Source: an uncultured Alphaproteobacteria bacterium (GTDB lineage: Bacteria; Pseudomonadota; Alphaproteobacteria; Rhizobiales; Xanthobacteraceae). Taken from it: a stretch of 64,000 nt of DNA. The stretch lies in contig CAWDIZ010000013.1 of assembly GCA_963802475.1 (NCBI GenBank), forward strand, positions 3,607 through 67,606. Direction: 5' to 3'. Of the stretch, positions 1-11,286 are shown piece by piece; position 1 is the first letter of the stretch, and the number at the start of each line of letters is the position of its first letter. Under the pieces are notes generated by a model. The model was not told where the DNA came from and made no database searches. It saw nothing but the letters and a program-made list of their open reading frames with translations. Position numbers and translations under genes: made by a program.

Positions 1-568
1 CCACCATGAGCACGGCGTCGGCGGTGCCGGCGACGACGAGATCGAGCTGGCTCTCCACCATCTCGTCGAGTTGCGGATTGAGCACGTATTCATTGTTGAC
101 GAAGCCGACGCGGGCGGCGCCGATCGGCCCCATGAAGGGCGCGCCCGACAGCGTGAGCGCGGCCGATGCCGCCACCATGGCGACGACATCGGGATCGTTC
201 TCAAGATCGTGCGACAGCGTGGTGACGATCACCTGCGTATCGCAGCGATAGCCCTTGGCGAACAGCGGACGGATCGGGCGGTCGATCAGACGGGAAACCA
301 GGGTTTCCTTTTCGGTCGGCCGGCCTTCGCGCTTGAAATAGCCGCCGGGAATACGGCCGGCGGCGTAGAATTTTTCCTGGTAATTGACGGTGAGCGGAAG
401 GAAATCGATGCCTTCCTTGGGCTGCTTCGCCGAAACGACGGTGGCGAGCACTTTGGTCTCGCCGTAAGTGGCGAGCACGGCGCCGTCAGCAAGGCGGGCG
501 ATCTTTCCGGTCTCGAGGGTTAGGGTGCGTCCACCCCAATCGAGTTCAACACGATGGATATCGAACAT
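1..568 (-). CDS. pnp: polyribonucleotide nucleotidyltransferase (PNPase), N-terminal ~189 codons; the rest lies beyond the window edge
   Basis: Hand translation of the minus strand from ATG at 568 gives [78 protein letters not shown], the first RNase PH-like domain of PNPase. It lies directly downstream of rpsO (classic rpsO-pnp pair). It is not in the ORF track because it has no stop inside the window. Confidence 0.9.
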   Translation of the reverse strand, partial: MFDIHRVELDWGGRTLTLETGKIARLADGAVLATYGETKVLATVVSAKQPKEGIDFLPLTVNYQEKFYAAGRIPGGYFKREGRPTEKETLVSRLIDRPIRPLFAKGYRCDTQVIVTTLSHDLENDPDVVAMVAASAALTLSGAPFMGPIGAARVGFVNNEYVLNPQLDEMVESQLDLVVAGTADAVLMV

Positions 569-817
569 TGCGGTCGTCTTTCATGGTTTTCGCGGAAGGG
601 CGAAAGCCATGAGCAAGACGGCGAGAAGCTGCGCGCGCGCGTGAAGCGAGCGGCAACAGCGTCCGGCGATCCTGCCATGGCTTTCATGTCTTCCTCGGTT
701 TTCGCGCGGGCGTTTCAACGTCCGGCGTCTCGGAGGACGGCCTTATTGCCGTCCGGCCTATTGGCGGGCGAATGCGCCCGCTCACAAATCGCGCGGACAT
801 TCCACGCGGAATTTGGC

Positions 818-1087
818 TCAGCGGCGAATGCCGAGCTTTTCAATGATGGTCTTGTAGCGCGCCTCGTCGGTGCGCCGCAGGTAATCGAGCAATTGGCGGC
901 GCGTGGAAACGAGCTTCAACAGCCCGCGCCGCGAGTGGTTGTCTTTCACGTGGGTCTTGAAGTGTTCGGTGAGGTTGTTGATCCGTTCGGAGAGGATCGC
1001 CACCTGCACTTCGGGCGAACCCGTGTCGCCCTTCTTGGTCGCATAGGTCTGGATTACTTCGGCCTTGCGGCCGGCAGGAATCGACAT
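818..1087 (-). CDS. rpsO: 30S ribosomal protein S15
   Basis: ORF 818..1093. [70 protein letters not shown] matches S15 over its full length. Start taken at the third Met (89 aa). Confidence 0.95.
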   Translation of the reverse strand: MSIPAGRKAEVIQTYATKKGDTGSPEVQVAILSERINNLTEHFKTHVKDNHSRRGLLKLVSTRRQLLDYLRRTDEARYKTIIEKLGIRR

Positions 1088-1101
1088 CGTCAAACACCTT
1101 T

Positions 1102-2079
1102 CTAGCGGCCGGCGCTACCCAGAATGCCGGCTAGGTTGAACACGCGCTTGGGGACGATCTCGCCACGGTCAACTTCGGCCAGGGCGATCAGTTGCCCGGA
1201 TGCCGTGACATGTACCGTGCCGCGGAAGATGGGTGCGTCCCGTCCGCGCAACAATACGGCCTGCCCCCTTTGGAGCCGGGCCGCGTCTGCCTTGCTGACG
1301 GCCAGCGCCGGGATGTCGTCCAGCGCGGTCTCAACGGGCAAAAGAGCATCGGCGAGGTTGCCCTCGCCGATGGCGGCTCTATGGCACAAAGCCTCCAGAT
1401 GTTCCAGTGAAATCATGAGCTTTTCGGCAAAGGGGCCGACCGAAACCCGGCGCAAGGCCGATACATGGCCGCCGCAGCCCAGGATTCGGCCCATATCCCG
1501 GGCGAGCGACCGGACATAGGTACCTTTGCCGCATTCGGCCTCGAACAGGGCATGATCCGGGTCGGGGACCGAAACCAGGCTGAGCCGGTGGATCTCGACC
1601 GGACGGCTGGCCAATTCCACGGTTTCGCCCGTCCCGAGCCAAGTCATAGGCGCGCTCGCCCTCGACCTTCACCGCCGAATAGCGCGGCGGCACCTGCTCG
1701 ATGGTGCCGGTGAAACGCGGCAGCAGAGCGCGAATGGCATCTTCGGAAGGGCCGGTCCGCGGAACTTTTCACCACGCGCCCTTCGGCGTCGTCGGTGTCG
1801 CGCTCCTCACCCCAGCGCACGGTGAAGAGATAAACCTTGCGGCTGTCCATGACGAAAGGAACGGTCTTGGTCGCCTCTCCGAGCGCAATCGGCAGGCAGC
1901 CGGAGGCGAGCGGGTCGAGCGTGCCGGCATGGCCGGCGCGCTTGGCTGCGAACAGCCGCTTCACCACCGCCACCGCATGGGTCGAGGTCATGCCGACCGG
2001 CTTGTCGAGCACCGCCCAACCATGCACGTCGCGCTTCTTCTGCTTGGGCTGACTTTGATCTTTGCTTCGCCCTCGCCAT
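1102..2079 (-). pseudogene. truB: tRNA pseudouridine(55) synthase TruB; reading frame broken 2-3 times as read (probable sequence indels)
   Basis: One TruB is spread over three minus-strand ORF pieces: 1644..2027 ([49 protein letters not shown]), 1379..1693 ([21 protein letters not shown]) and 1102..1647 ([29 protein letters not shown]). Frames step 0>2>1, i.e. +1 insertions near 1748 and 1628. The likely ATG at 2079 (MARAKQ) sits in yet another frame. Confidence 0.85.
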
Positions 2080-2144
2080 CGCGCCGGCGTGCGACCTCCC
2101 GCGCAAGGGGAGAGTGCAGGAGTATGTGGCGCGTTCCCGATCGC

Positions 2145-2594
2145 TCACTTGTCGTCGTCCTCATCCAGGTCGCGCCGCACCGCCGGCGTGCGCAGCAGCT
2201 TGTCGATGCGCTCGGCCTCGTCGAAGCGCTCGTCCAGCATGAAGCGGATATCGGGCGCGAATTTCAGGTTGACGCGATGGGCGATCTCGCCGCGGAGGAA
2301 TTTCTTGTTGCGGTCGAGCGCGGCCAGCACGTCCTTGGTGTCCTTTCCGCCGAGCGGCATCACGTAAATGGTGGCCATCCGCAGGTCCGGCGACATGCGC
2401 ACTTCCGGCACGGTGATCAGATGCCCTTCCAGCACCGGATCATGCACGTCGCCGCGCGCGAAAATTTCCGATACCGCATGGCGCACCAGCTCGCCCGCGC
2501 GCAGCGCGCGTTGCGTCGGCAGGTTGCCGGTCTCCGGCCTGGTTTGCTGCGTCGTGCCATATTCGTCATGCCCGGGCCTGACCCGGGCATTCAC
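2145..2594 (-). CDS. rbfA: ribosome-binding factor A
   Basis: ORF 2145..2594. [76 protein letters not shown] is typical RbfA, in the conserved position between infB and truB. The only canonical start (GTG 2594) lies inside a REP-like palindrome, so the true start is uncertain. Confidence 0.85.
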   Translation of the reverse strand: MNARVRPGHDEYGTTQQTRPETGNLPTQRALRAGELVRHAVSEIFARGDVHDPVLEGHLITVPEVRMSPDLRMATIYVMPLGGKDTKDVLAALDRNKKFLRGEIAHRVNLKFAPDIRFMLDERFDEAERIDKLLRTPAVRRDLDEDDDK

Positions 2595-2653
2595 CTTTCT
2601 GCTTTCGTAAGACCCGCTTTTTACGGATGGATTGCCGGGTCAAGCCCGGCAAT
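2568..2653. repeat. two REP-like GC-rich hairpins (ATGCCCGGGC-ctga-CCCGGGCAT and ATTGCCGGG-tcaag-CCCGGCAAT)
   Basis: Palindromes read directly at about 2568-2590 and 2631-2653 in the infB-rbfA spacer. A related CCCGGG-type palindrome occurs at 57262-57353. Confidence 0.6.
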
Positions 2654-2689
2654 GACGAGACGACCACATCGCGCGTCTGAGATTTGGAC

Positions 2690-5254
2690 TCAGAGCGAGC
2701 GTTGAATCGTCTCCACCCGGTAGCATTCGATCACGTCGCCTTGCCGCATGTCCTGGTAATTCTCAAAGGCCATGCCGCATTCCTGTCCGGCGGTGACTTC
2801 CTTCACGTCGTCCTTGAAGCGCTTGAGCTGCGACAGCTTGCCCTCATGCACCACGACGTTGTCGCGTATCAGGCGGACATTGGCGCCGCGCTCCACGGTC
2901 CCGTCGGTGACACGGCAGCCAGCGATCTTGCCGACCTTCGAGACGTTGAAGATCTCAAGGATCGTGGCGTTGCCGAGCATGGTTTCGCGCAAGGTCGGCG
3001 CGAGCAGGCCCGACATCGCTTTTTTCACGTCGTCGACCAGATCGTAGATGATGTTGTAGTAGCGGATCTCGATGCCGGCGCGTTCCGCCGCCTCGCGCGC
3101 CTCCTTATGCGCGCGCACATTGAAGCCGATGATCGGAACGCCGGAAGCTTCCGCCAAAGTAACGTCGGATTCGGTAATTCCGCCGGCGCCGGCATGCAGC
3201 ACGCGCGCGGCAACTTCCTCGGTCCCGAGCTTATCGAGCGCCTGAATAATGGCTTCGACCGAGCCCTGCACGTCCCCCTTCACGATCAGCGGGAATTCCT
3301 TGCGGCCGCTGGTCTTGAGTTGGCTCATCATCTGCTCGAGCGAGCCGCGCATGCCGGTGGCGCGCGCGGAAACCTTTTCCCGCTTCTGCCGGGCGCGGTA
3401 AGCCGTGACTTCACGGGCACGTGCCTCGTTTTCGACCACCGCGAGGCGGTCTCCGGCATCAGGCGTGCCGCTGAAGCCGAGCACCTCGACCGGCGTGGAC
3501 GGACCGGCGCTGTCGACCTGCCGGCCGATATCGGAAAGCAGTGCACGCACCCTGCCCCACTCCGCGCCGGCGACGATCAGATCGCCGACCTTGAGCGTGC
3601 CGCGCTGAATAAGAACAGTGGCAACCGGGCCGCGCCCGCGATCCAGCTTGGCTTCGATCACGGTGCCTTCGGCTGGACGCTGCGGATTGGCCTTCAACTC
3701 GAGGATTTCCGCCTGCAATCCGACGACCTCAAGCAAGCGGTCGAGATTGAGCTTCTTAGTGGCGGAGACTTCCACGTCAAGCACGTCGCCGCCGAGCGAT
3801 TCCACCTGCACCTCATGCTGCAGTAATTCCGTGCGCACGCGCTCCGGCTTGGCGTCAGGCTTGTCGATCTTGTTGATGGCGACGATCAGCGGCACCTTCG
3901 CCGCCTTGGCGTGATGAATGGCCTCCACCGTTTGCGGCATGACGCCGTCGTCGGCCGCAACCACCAGAATGACCACGTCGGTCACCTTGGCGCCGCGCGC
4001 CCGCATCGCCGTGAAGGCGGCGTGGCCGGGCGTATCGATAAAGGTAATCTTGCTGCCATTGGGCGCGGTCACCTGATAGGCGCCGATGTGCTGGGTGATG
4101 CCGCCATGCTCGCCGGCCGCCACTTCGGTTTGGCGGATGGCGTCGAGCAGCGAAGTCTTGCCGTGGTCGACGTGACCCATGACGGTAACCACCGGAGGAC
4201 GCGGCTGCATCGCTGCCGGTTCGTCGGCGGTGTCGAACAAGCCTTCTTCCACGTCGGATTCCGCGACGCGACGCACGCTGTGGCCCATTTCCTCGGCGAC
4301 AAGCTGAGCGGTATCGGCGTCGATCACGTCGGTGATCTTGACCATCTGACCCTGCTTCATCAGCAGGCGGATCACATCCACGCCGCGTTCGGCCATGCGG
4401 TTGGCGAGTTCCTGGATGGTGATGGCCTCCGGAATAACGACTTCGCGGATCAGCTTTTCTTTCGGCTCGTCGCTCGCATGCGCCTTCAGGCGCTGCGTGC
4501 GGCGACGGAATGAGGCGATCGAGCGCTCGCGCACCTCATCGGCGCTGAGCGCGGTGACGAGAGTCAAGCGACCGCGTTGCTTCTGCGGGCCGCGGGGAGC
4601 GGGCTTGGGCGCGGCGGCTGGACGCGCAGCCCCACCGGCACCGCGCCGCGCCGTGCGCGGTGCGTCGTCGTCCTCCACCTCCGGAGCCAGTGTGCGCGCA
4701 TGCGGACGCTTGCCTTCTTCCTCGCCGCCAAGGCGCCTTTTAGCGACCTCGTCGGCCTTGCGCTTGGTCTCTTCGTCGTGGCGCCGCCGCTCGTCCTCAT
4801 CGCGCTTGCGCGTCTCCGCGGCCTCACGCTCTGAACGGTCGACGACGTCGCGGCTGGCGCGGCGGCGGGCTTCTTCCTCGGCCTGCTTGCGTTCTTCGGC
4901 TTCGCGAACGCGGAAATCGGTCAAGGCATTGGCGCGCGCACTGCGTTCCTCTTCGGAAAGCGTGCGCAGCACGACGCCCGAGGGCTTGGTCGAAGGCGCA
5001 GGCTGCGCGGCGGCGGCCTTGGCGCTTGAGCGCGGGGCAGATTTCGTTTCCGGTGCGGGCGCAGCCGGCGCCTCCGCCTTCGGCTCCGGGGCCGCCCCGA
5101 TGACCCGGCGCTTTACCTTTTCAACGACCACCGACTTGGTGCGGCCATGGCTGAAGCTCTGGCGCACGACTCCGGTCTCGGCGCTACGCTTGAGCGTCAA
5201 GGTCTTGCTGCTCACGCTGAGCTTTTTCTCGCTAGGGTTGTTGTTCTCAGCCAT
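2690..5254 (-). CDS. infB: translation initiation factor IF-2
   Basis: Intact 854-aa ORF. G-domain motifs [21 protein letters not shown] and NKID, a charged Ala/Glu/Arg-rich N-terminal region, and a position downstream of nusA. Confidence 0.97.
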   Translation of the reverse strand: MAENNNPSEKKLSVSSKTLTLKRSAETGVVRQSFSHGRTKSVVVEKVKRRVIGAAPEPKAEAPAAPAPETKSAPRSSAKAAAAQPAPSTKPSGVVLRTLSEEERSARANALTDFRVREAEERKQAEEEARRRASRDVVDRSEREAAETRKRDEDERRRHDEETKRKADEVAKRRLGGEEEGKRPHARTLAPEVEDDDAPRTARRGAGGAARPAAAPKPAPRGPQKQRGRLTLVTALSADEVRERSIASFRRRTQRLKAHASDEPKEKLIREVVIPEAITIQELANRMAERGVDVIRLLMKQGQMVKITDVIDADTAQLVAEEMGHSVRRVAESDVEEGLFDTADEPAAMQPRPPVVTVMGHVDHGKTSLLDAIRQTEVAAGEHGGITQHIGAYQVTAPNGSKITFIDTPGHAAFTAMRARGAKVTDVVILVVAADDGVMPQTVEAIHHAKAAKVPLIVAINKIDKPDAKPERVRTELLQHEVQVESLGGDVLDVEVSATKKLNLDRLLEVVGLQAEILELKANPQRPAEGTVIEAKLDRGRGPVATVLIQRGTLKVGDLIVAGAEWGRVRALLSDIGRQVDSAGPSTPVEVLGFSGTPDAGDRLAVVENEARAREVTAYRARQKREKVSARATGMRGSLEQMMSQLKTSGRKEFPLIVKGDVQGSVEAIIQALDKLGTEEVAARVLHAGAGGITESDVTLAEASGVPIIGFNVRAHKEAREAAERAGIEIRYYNIIYDLVDDVKKAMSGLLAPTLRETMLGNATILEIFNVSKVGKIAGCRVTDGTVERGANVRLIRDNVVVHEGKLSQLKRFKDDVKEVTAGQECGMAFENYQDMRQGDVIECYRVETIQRSL

Positions 5255-5953
5255 TCAATCTCTGATCCTTGGACATCCGCTTTCGCGTAATCCGATTAAC
5301 CCGTTGCTCCGGTTCGCCGGCTCGGAAACGGTCAAGGCGCGCGGAGCGCGCGATAAAAGTCTCGGTTGCAGGCCCTGCGAGCAGGGCTGCATGTATCACA
5401 TTTGGCCGACCCAATGCCAAATCCAATTGGGCCGAGGTGAATAAGGTTATGACAGCAATCTGCCGCCCCTCGCTTTCCGATTGCTTGCGCAGAGCTTCGA
5501 CCTTGCGAACGCCGTCCGCCGCGGCATCCGCGGCATGCAGGACGGCTACGACCTGACCCCGCACCAGCGCGGTTTCGACCTTGCTAAAGCCGGTAACCGC
5601 CTGCCTGCCCTTGCCGGCGATGGCCAGGGCATCGAGCGCGGAGCGCTCAAGCAGCCGCTCGGTGGCCTCGACGAAACCATCCGGAATTTTGACCGGGCGG
5701 CCAAAGCCCCGCGCAAAGGCGCCGCGGCGAACCGCTTCCGCCAAATCGGCACGGGTGGCGGTGACCCAAATGCCGCGGCCCGGCAGTTTGCGCTTGAGAT
5801 CCGGAACAACCTCGCCCTGCGGGCGCGACGACAAAGCGGATCATCTCGGTCGACCGGCTTCACCTGCCGGCTCACGACGCACAGCCGTTCGCCGCCGGCG
5901 CCGAGGCTTCTCGGTCCGGTGTCGAAATCGGTTTGGTGCGCCTGCGCGAGCAT
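5247..5953 (-). pseudogene. YlxR(DUF448)/L7Ae-like RNA-binding protein of the nusA-infB operon; two +1 frame breaks as read
   Basis: The pieces are 5546..6025 (..ERLCVVSRQVKPVD), 5647..5844 (MIRFVVAP) and 5247..5834 (QGEVVPDLKRKLPGRGIWVTATR..GKGRQAVTGFSKVETALVRGQVVAVLHAADAA). Reading the DNA shows one extra C at about 5848 and one at about 5822. Confidence 0.8.
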
Positions 5954-5966
5954 TCTCTGTGCTGTC

Positions 5967-7577
5967 CTAGGTCTGCGGCTCGGTTTCTGCCGTCTCTGCG
6001 GAGGCTTCCGCAGGCGGCGGCGCAAGATCGGCTTCGCTGATCCAGCCGGCCTTCACGCGTGCCTGCATGATCAGGCCCTCGGCCTCTTCGCGCGAGATTT
6101 CAAGGCCTTCCAGAATCCCGGCATGCTTTGTGGTCTCGCCGTCCTTGCGCTCGGTCCAGCCGGCGAGATCGTCGGTAGCGCAATCCGCGAGATCTTCCAC
6201 GGTTTTCACGCCGCCCTCTCCCAGCTTGACCAGCATGCGCGCGGTGACGCCGGGGACATCCTTCAGTTCATCTTCCACGCCCAGCTCCTTGCGTTTGGCG
6301 TCAAGTTCAAATTCCTGCCGGTCGAGATATTCCTGCGCGCGTTCCTGCAATTCGCGCGCGGTGTCTTCATCGAAGCCCTCGATGCTGGCGATTTCCTTCT
6401 GATCGACGAGCGCAAGCTCCTCGACCGAAGTGAAGCCTTCGGATGCCAGCAACTGCCCGACCACTTCATCGACATTCAGCGATTCGATGAAGATGCGCGT
6501 GCGGTTCTCGAACTCCGCCTGCCGATGCTCGGACTCTTCCTGCTCGGTCAGGATATCGATGTCCCAGCCGGTGAGCTGAGAGGCGAGCCGCACGTTCTGC
6601 CCACGCCGACCGATCGCCAGCGAAAGCTGCGCGTCCGGCACCACTACCTCAATGCGCTCGCGGTCCTCATCGAGCACGACCTTGGCGACTTCGGCCGGGG
6701 CCAGCGCATTGACCACGAAGGTGGCGATATCCTGCGACCAGGGAATGATGTCGATCTTCTCGCCCTGCAGTTCGTTCACCACCGCCTGCACGCGCGAGCC
6801 GCGCATACCGACGCAGGCGCCGACCGGATCGACCGAAGAGTCGCGGGAAATGACCGCGATCTTGGCGCGCGAACCGGGATCGCGGGCCACCGCCTTGACC
6901 TCGACAATGCCATCGTAAATCTCCGGCACTTCCTGGGCGAACAGCTTCGCCATGAATTGCGGATGCGTGCGGGAGAGGAAGATCTGCGGCCCGCGCGGTT
7001 CGCGGCGAACATCGTAGATATAGGCGCGGATGCGGTCGCCGTTGCGGAAAACCTCGCGCGGCAGCATCTCGTCGCGGCGCACGATGGCTTCGCCGCGGCC
7101 GAGATCGACCACCACGTTGCCGTATTCCACGCGCTTGACGATGCCGTTGACCACGTCGCCGATGCGATCCTTGTATTCCTGATACTGGCGGTCGCGCTCG
7201 GCCTCGCGCACTTTCTGCACGATCACCTGCTTGGCCGATTGCGCGGCGATGCGGCCGTATTCCAGCGGCGGCAGCGGGTCGGCGATAGTGTCGCCGACCT
7301 GCGCGGCCGGGTTGTGCCGGCGCGCATCCTCCAGCCCGATCTGGGTGGACGAATTTTCGATCGTGTCCACAACAAGCATGTGACGGAACAGTCGCAGTTC
7401 GCCGTTCTTCGGATTGATCTCGGCATGCACCTCGGTTTCCGCGCCATAGCGCGACCGCGCCGCTTTCGCGATCGCGTCCTCCATGGCTCCGATGACGATG
7501 CCGCGGTCGATCGCCTTTTCACGGGCTACCGCATCGGCGATCTGCAAAAGCTCGAGCTTGTTGGCGCTGACGGCCAT
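5967..7577 (-). CDS. nusA: transcription termination/antitermination factor NusA
   Basis: Intact 536-aa ORF with N-terminal, S1, KH and C-terminal acidic repeat organisation (..VVNGIVKRVEYGNVVVDLGRGEAIVRRDEMLPRE..SLAIGRRGQNVRLASQLTGWDIDILTE..). Operon context is rimP-nusA-infB. Confidence 0.97.
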   Translation of the reverse strand: MAVSANKLELLQIADAVAREKAIDRGIVIGAMEDAIAKAARSRYGAETEVHAEINPKNGELRLFRHMLVVDTIENSSTQIGLEDARRHNPAAQVGDTIADPLPPLEYGRIAAQSAKQVIVQKVREAERDRQYQEYKDRIGDVVNGIVKRVEYGNVVVDLGRGEAIVRRDEMLPREVFRNGDRIRAYIYDVRREPRGPQIFLSRTHPQFMAKLFAQEVPEIYDGIVEVKAVARDPGSRAKIAVISRDSSVDPVGACVGMRGSRVQAVVNELQGEKIDIIPWSQDIATFVVNALAPAEVAKVVLDEDRERIEVVVPDAQLSLAIGRRGQNVRLASQLTGWDIDILTEQEESEHRQAEFENRTRIFIESLNVDEVVGQLLASEGFTSVEELALVDQKEIASIEGFDEDTARELQERAQEYLDRQEFELDAKRKELGVEDELKDVPGVTARMLVKLGEGGVKTVEDLADCATDDLAGWTERKDGETTKHAGILEGLEISREEAEGLIMQARVKAGWISEADLAPPPAEASAETAETEPQT

Positions 7578-7664
7578 TGCTCAGTCTCCCTCGTGCTGAC
7601 GCGGACCGCCAAGTCTTCTCGCGCGTCCGCATGAATTTCTTGGAACGGTTGGCTTGATTGTCCT

Positions 7665-8275
7665 CTACGCTTCATCTGAAACTGCTTCATCTGAAGCTTC
7701 TTGCGGTTCCCGCTCGGCGGCTTTGCCGCGCTTGAGCGCCTCGGCGATCAAGGCATCGGTGAGCACCAGCTTGGCCTCCGCCATGTCCTCGATCGGAAGC
7801 AGGAATTCCTGCTGCTCGCCCGCGGGCGCATCTCGCGCCGCAGCCGCACGGCATCGCCTTCGGTGCCGAGCAGCGTGCCGCGAAAGCGTTTACGTCCGTC
7901 CATGCCGCGCGCCAACTCGACTTTGGCGACATGGCCGGCATGGCGGTCGAAATCCGAGCGCCGCACCAGAGGGCGATCGAGGCCAGGTGAAGAAATCTCC
8001 AGCCGGTGCGGCTGATCGATCGGATCCCTGGCATCGAATACCGGCGAGAGCGCGCGCGAGATCGTTTCGCAGTCTCCGACGGTCATGCTGCCGTCCGGAC
8101 GCTCGGCCATGATCTGCACGGTCAGGCCGGATTGCGGGAAAACCTGCACCCGCACCAGCCGATAACCGAGGCTCTCGACTACCGGCTCGGCGATGGCGGC
8201 GACGCGCGCGGCCAGCCCCGGCTCCAGCAGGAGCCGCGGTTCACGCGCGAAAGCGGTTTTCAAAGTTTCGCCCAT
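7665..8275 (-). pseudogene. rimP: ribosome maturation factor RimP; one frame break near 7840 as read
   Basis: ORF 7748..8329 carries [64 protein letters not shown]. Its tail becomes nonsense after GDAVRLRR. The proper tail ([39 protein letters not shown]) is read in another frame and ends at 7665. Confidence 0.85.
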
Positions 8276-8293
8276 CAAGCCTATTTTCGGTAA

Positions 8294-8325
8294 CAAAAAA
8301 GAGCGGGTCCCCGGGGGCCCCACTC
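8294..8325 (-). terminator. intrinsic-terminator-like hairpin plus U-run in the rimP-nusA-infB leader (possible attenuator)
   Basis: Minus strand reads GAGTGGGGCCCCCGGGGACCCGCTC followed by TTTTTTG. This gives about 10 bp of GC-rich stem ending 19 nt upstream of the rimP ATG (8275). Confidence 0.45.
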
Positions 8326-8382
8326 TCACAAAACCCGATCGGATATCCGACCGTTATGAGGTGTCTATAACAGACAGCGAGG

Positions 8383-8410
8383 AATATAGCGATTTTCGGG
8401 ATTTAAGCAA
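8383..8410 (-). promoter_or_regulatory. candidate sigma70-type promoter of the rimP operon (TTGCTT-N16-TATATT)
   Basis: Read on the minus strand in the AT-richer spacer 8330-8470, about 100 nt upstream of rimP. Sequence match only. Confidence 0.3.
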
Positions 8411-8525
8411 GATATTCCGCCTCCGGGACGGCAGTTCCAAAGCTCTTTTTCGGGAAATGAGTGTTCATCGCGCCCCGTGGCGCGTTTCTGGCAAGTAGTC
8501 CTGCCAGGAGGTTAACGCCGCTTTT

Positions 8526-9227
8526 CTATCGTTTCCGGAAAACGAAATAGGCGGGCACGCGGCCCTCGCGCCTGGCTTTTGCCTCGTAACGCGTGCCGCC
8601 GAAGCCGGGCCAAGGCTTGCGCCAGTCATCGGCCTTCTCCGCCGTCCAGATGAAATCCGGCGAGCGCAACACGCGCGTCAAGCGTCCAGGCCGCATAGTC
8701 GGGAATATCGGTGGCGAAGCGGAATTCGCCGTCCGGCCGCAGCACGCGAGCGATCTGTCCGAGGCTTGCGTCCTGGACGAAGCGCCGCTTCCAATGCCGC
8801 TTCTTCGGCCAGGGATCGGGATAAAGCAGATCCACGCGCGACAAGCGCTGAGGGCGGCAGCCAGTCGATCAGATGCGCGGCGTCACCGAAATGCAAGCGC
8901 ACATTGGCAAGCTTGTGCTCCTCGATACCCGCCAGCACCTTGGCCATGGCATTGACGAAAGCGTCGCTGCCGATGAAGCCGGCGCGCGGATGTTCCGCCG
9001 CCTGCGCAAGCAGATGCTCGCCGCCGCCAAAGCCGATTTCCAGGCGGACCTCCTCGACCTCGTCGGGAAACAGCGTCCGCAGGTCGGTCGGCGCGGCAGT
9101 ATCGGTATCGATCGCAACCCGCGGCAGCAGCGTTTCAAATAACGCCGCCTGGCGCGGCCGCAAAGCATGGCCCTTTGCGCCGGCCGAAGAAGGCGCGCTT
9201 GGGATCGATGGTGTCCGGCTTTGCCAT
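8526..9227 (-). pseudogene. trmB: tRNA (guanine46-N7)-methyltransferase TrmB; three +1 frame breaks as read
   Basis: Start frame from ATG 9227 gives MAKPDTIDPKRAFFGRRKG. ORF 8678..9163 gives [61 protein letters not shown] 8626..8844 gives [39 protein letters not shown]. The tail [26 protein letters not shown] ends at 8526. Frames step 0>2>1>0. Confidence 0.85.
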
Positions 9228-9295
9228 GATGAAAAAGAAATGCCCCGCTTTCGCGGGGCATGACAACTTGAATTATCGGCTCGCGCCAGCAGGCG

Positions 9296-10568
<1,273 letters not shown>

Positions 10569-10687
10569 TGAAGACCCCCCAAAACGCCGCGGCGCGGCCC
10601 TGGCTTATCGATCGGAGGGCTTTGTTACAGTGTCTTCGAAGAGGGTCAAGATGGCCGTCCCGCTTCCCGGGGGCGGCATCGAGAGCG

Positions 10688-11089
10688 TTATTCCTCGCCC
10701 GCGATCTGCAAGACCAGATCGACGATCCGCCGCCGCAGCTTGGGGTCCTTGATTCGCATGAATGCTTTGGTCAGGGCCAGGCCGTCCGAGGTCGCGAGGA
10801 AATCAGAAACATAGGATGGCGAAGGGGCTTCCATCGTGCCGGCCGGGCCGGCGGGAAGATCAGGCGCCCCCTCAAAAAAGAAGGAGACGGGAACCTGGAG
10901 AAAATGCGCGATCTGCTGCAGCCGGCTCGCGCCGATGCGATTCGTGCCCTTTTCGTATTTCTGCACCTGCTGAAAAGTCAGACCAAGCGCGTCGCCAAGC
11001 TTTTCCTGGCTCATGCCCAGCATCATCCGGCGCATGCGCACGCGACTGCCGACATGTTTGTCCGTTGGGTTCGGCATCTTCTTGGTCAT
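10688..11089 (-). CDS. XRE-family helix-turn-helix transcriptional regulator
   Basis: 133-aa ORF. HVGSRVRMRRMMLGMSQEKLGDALGLTFQQVQKYEKGTNRIGASRLQQIAHFL is a Cro/C1-type HTH. Confidence 0.85.
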   Translation of the reverse strand: MTKKMPNPTDKHVGSRVRMRRMMLGMSQEKLGDALGLTFQQVQKYEKGTNRIGASRLQQIAHFLQVPVSFFFEGAPDLPAGPAGTMEAPSPSYVSDFLATSDGLALTKAFMRIKDPKLRRRIVDLVLQIAGEE

Positions 11090-11286
11090 CGCAGTTTTCT
11101 TTCACCCAGTCTCGTATCACAGGCAAGAGCAAATGCAGCAACGCGGGCAGCCGCAATTGCTCAGCACCGTCAAGGAATGATGAAAACGGTGGCTGAAGGG
11201 AGAAGATATATAGATGATCCGAAGATTTTTATCACTTTGCGCGATGCGACAAATTAAACCGCAACGGTAAAATCGGAGACGCGCAG

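Noticed and set aside
5481-7634. 717-aa plus-strand ORF, one of the longest in the track
   Set aside because: It is exactly antisense to nusA and ylxR. The product is Arg/Ala/Gly-rich low-complexity sequence with no motifs. Long antisense shadow ORFs are expected in GC-rich DNA. The same applies to 1701..2705, 27506..29344 (antisense to gyrB), 36280..37542 (antisense to maeB), 2684..3826 and 4395..5444 (antisense to infB) and 16140..17066 (antisense to miaB).
10569-10687. SAM riboswitch (SAM-II, SAM-V or SAM-SAH) in the metK leader
   Set aside because: I could not recognise the pseudoknot consensus. The spacer is only about 120 nt, and its one GC palindrome (GCCGCG-c-CGCGGC followed by GTTTT) has too small a loop to be a convincing hairpin. 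A cmscan would be needed to decide, and I have no positive evidence.
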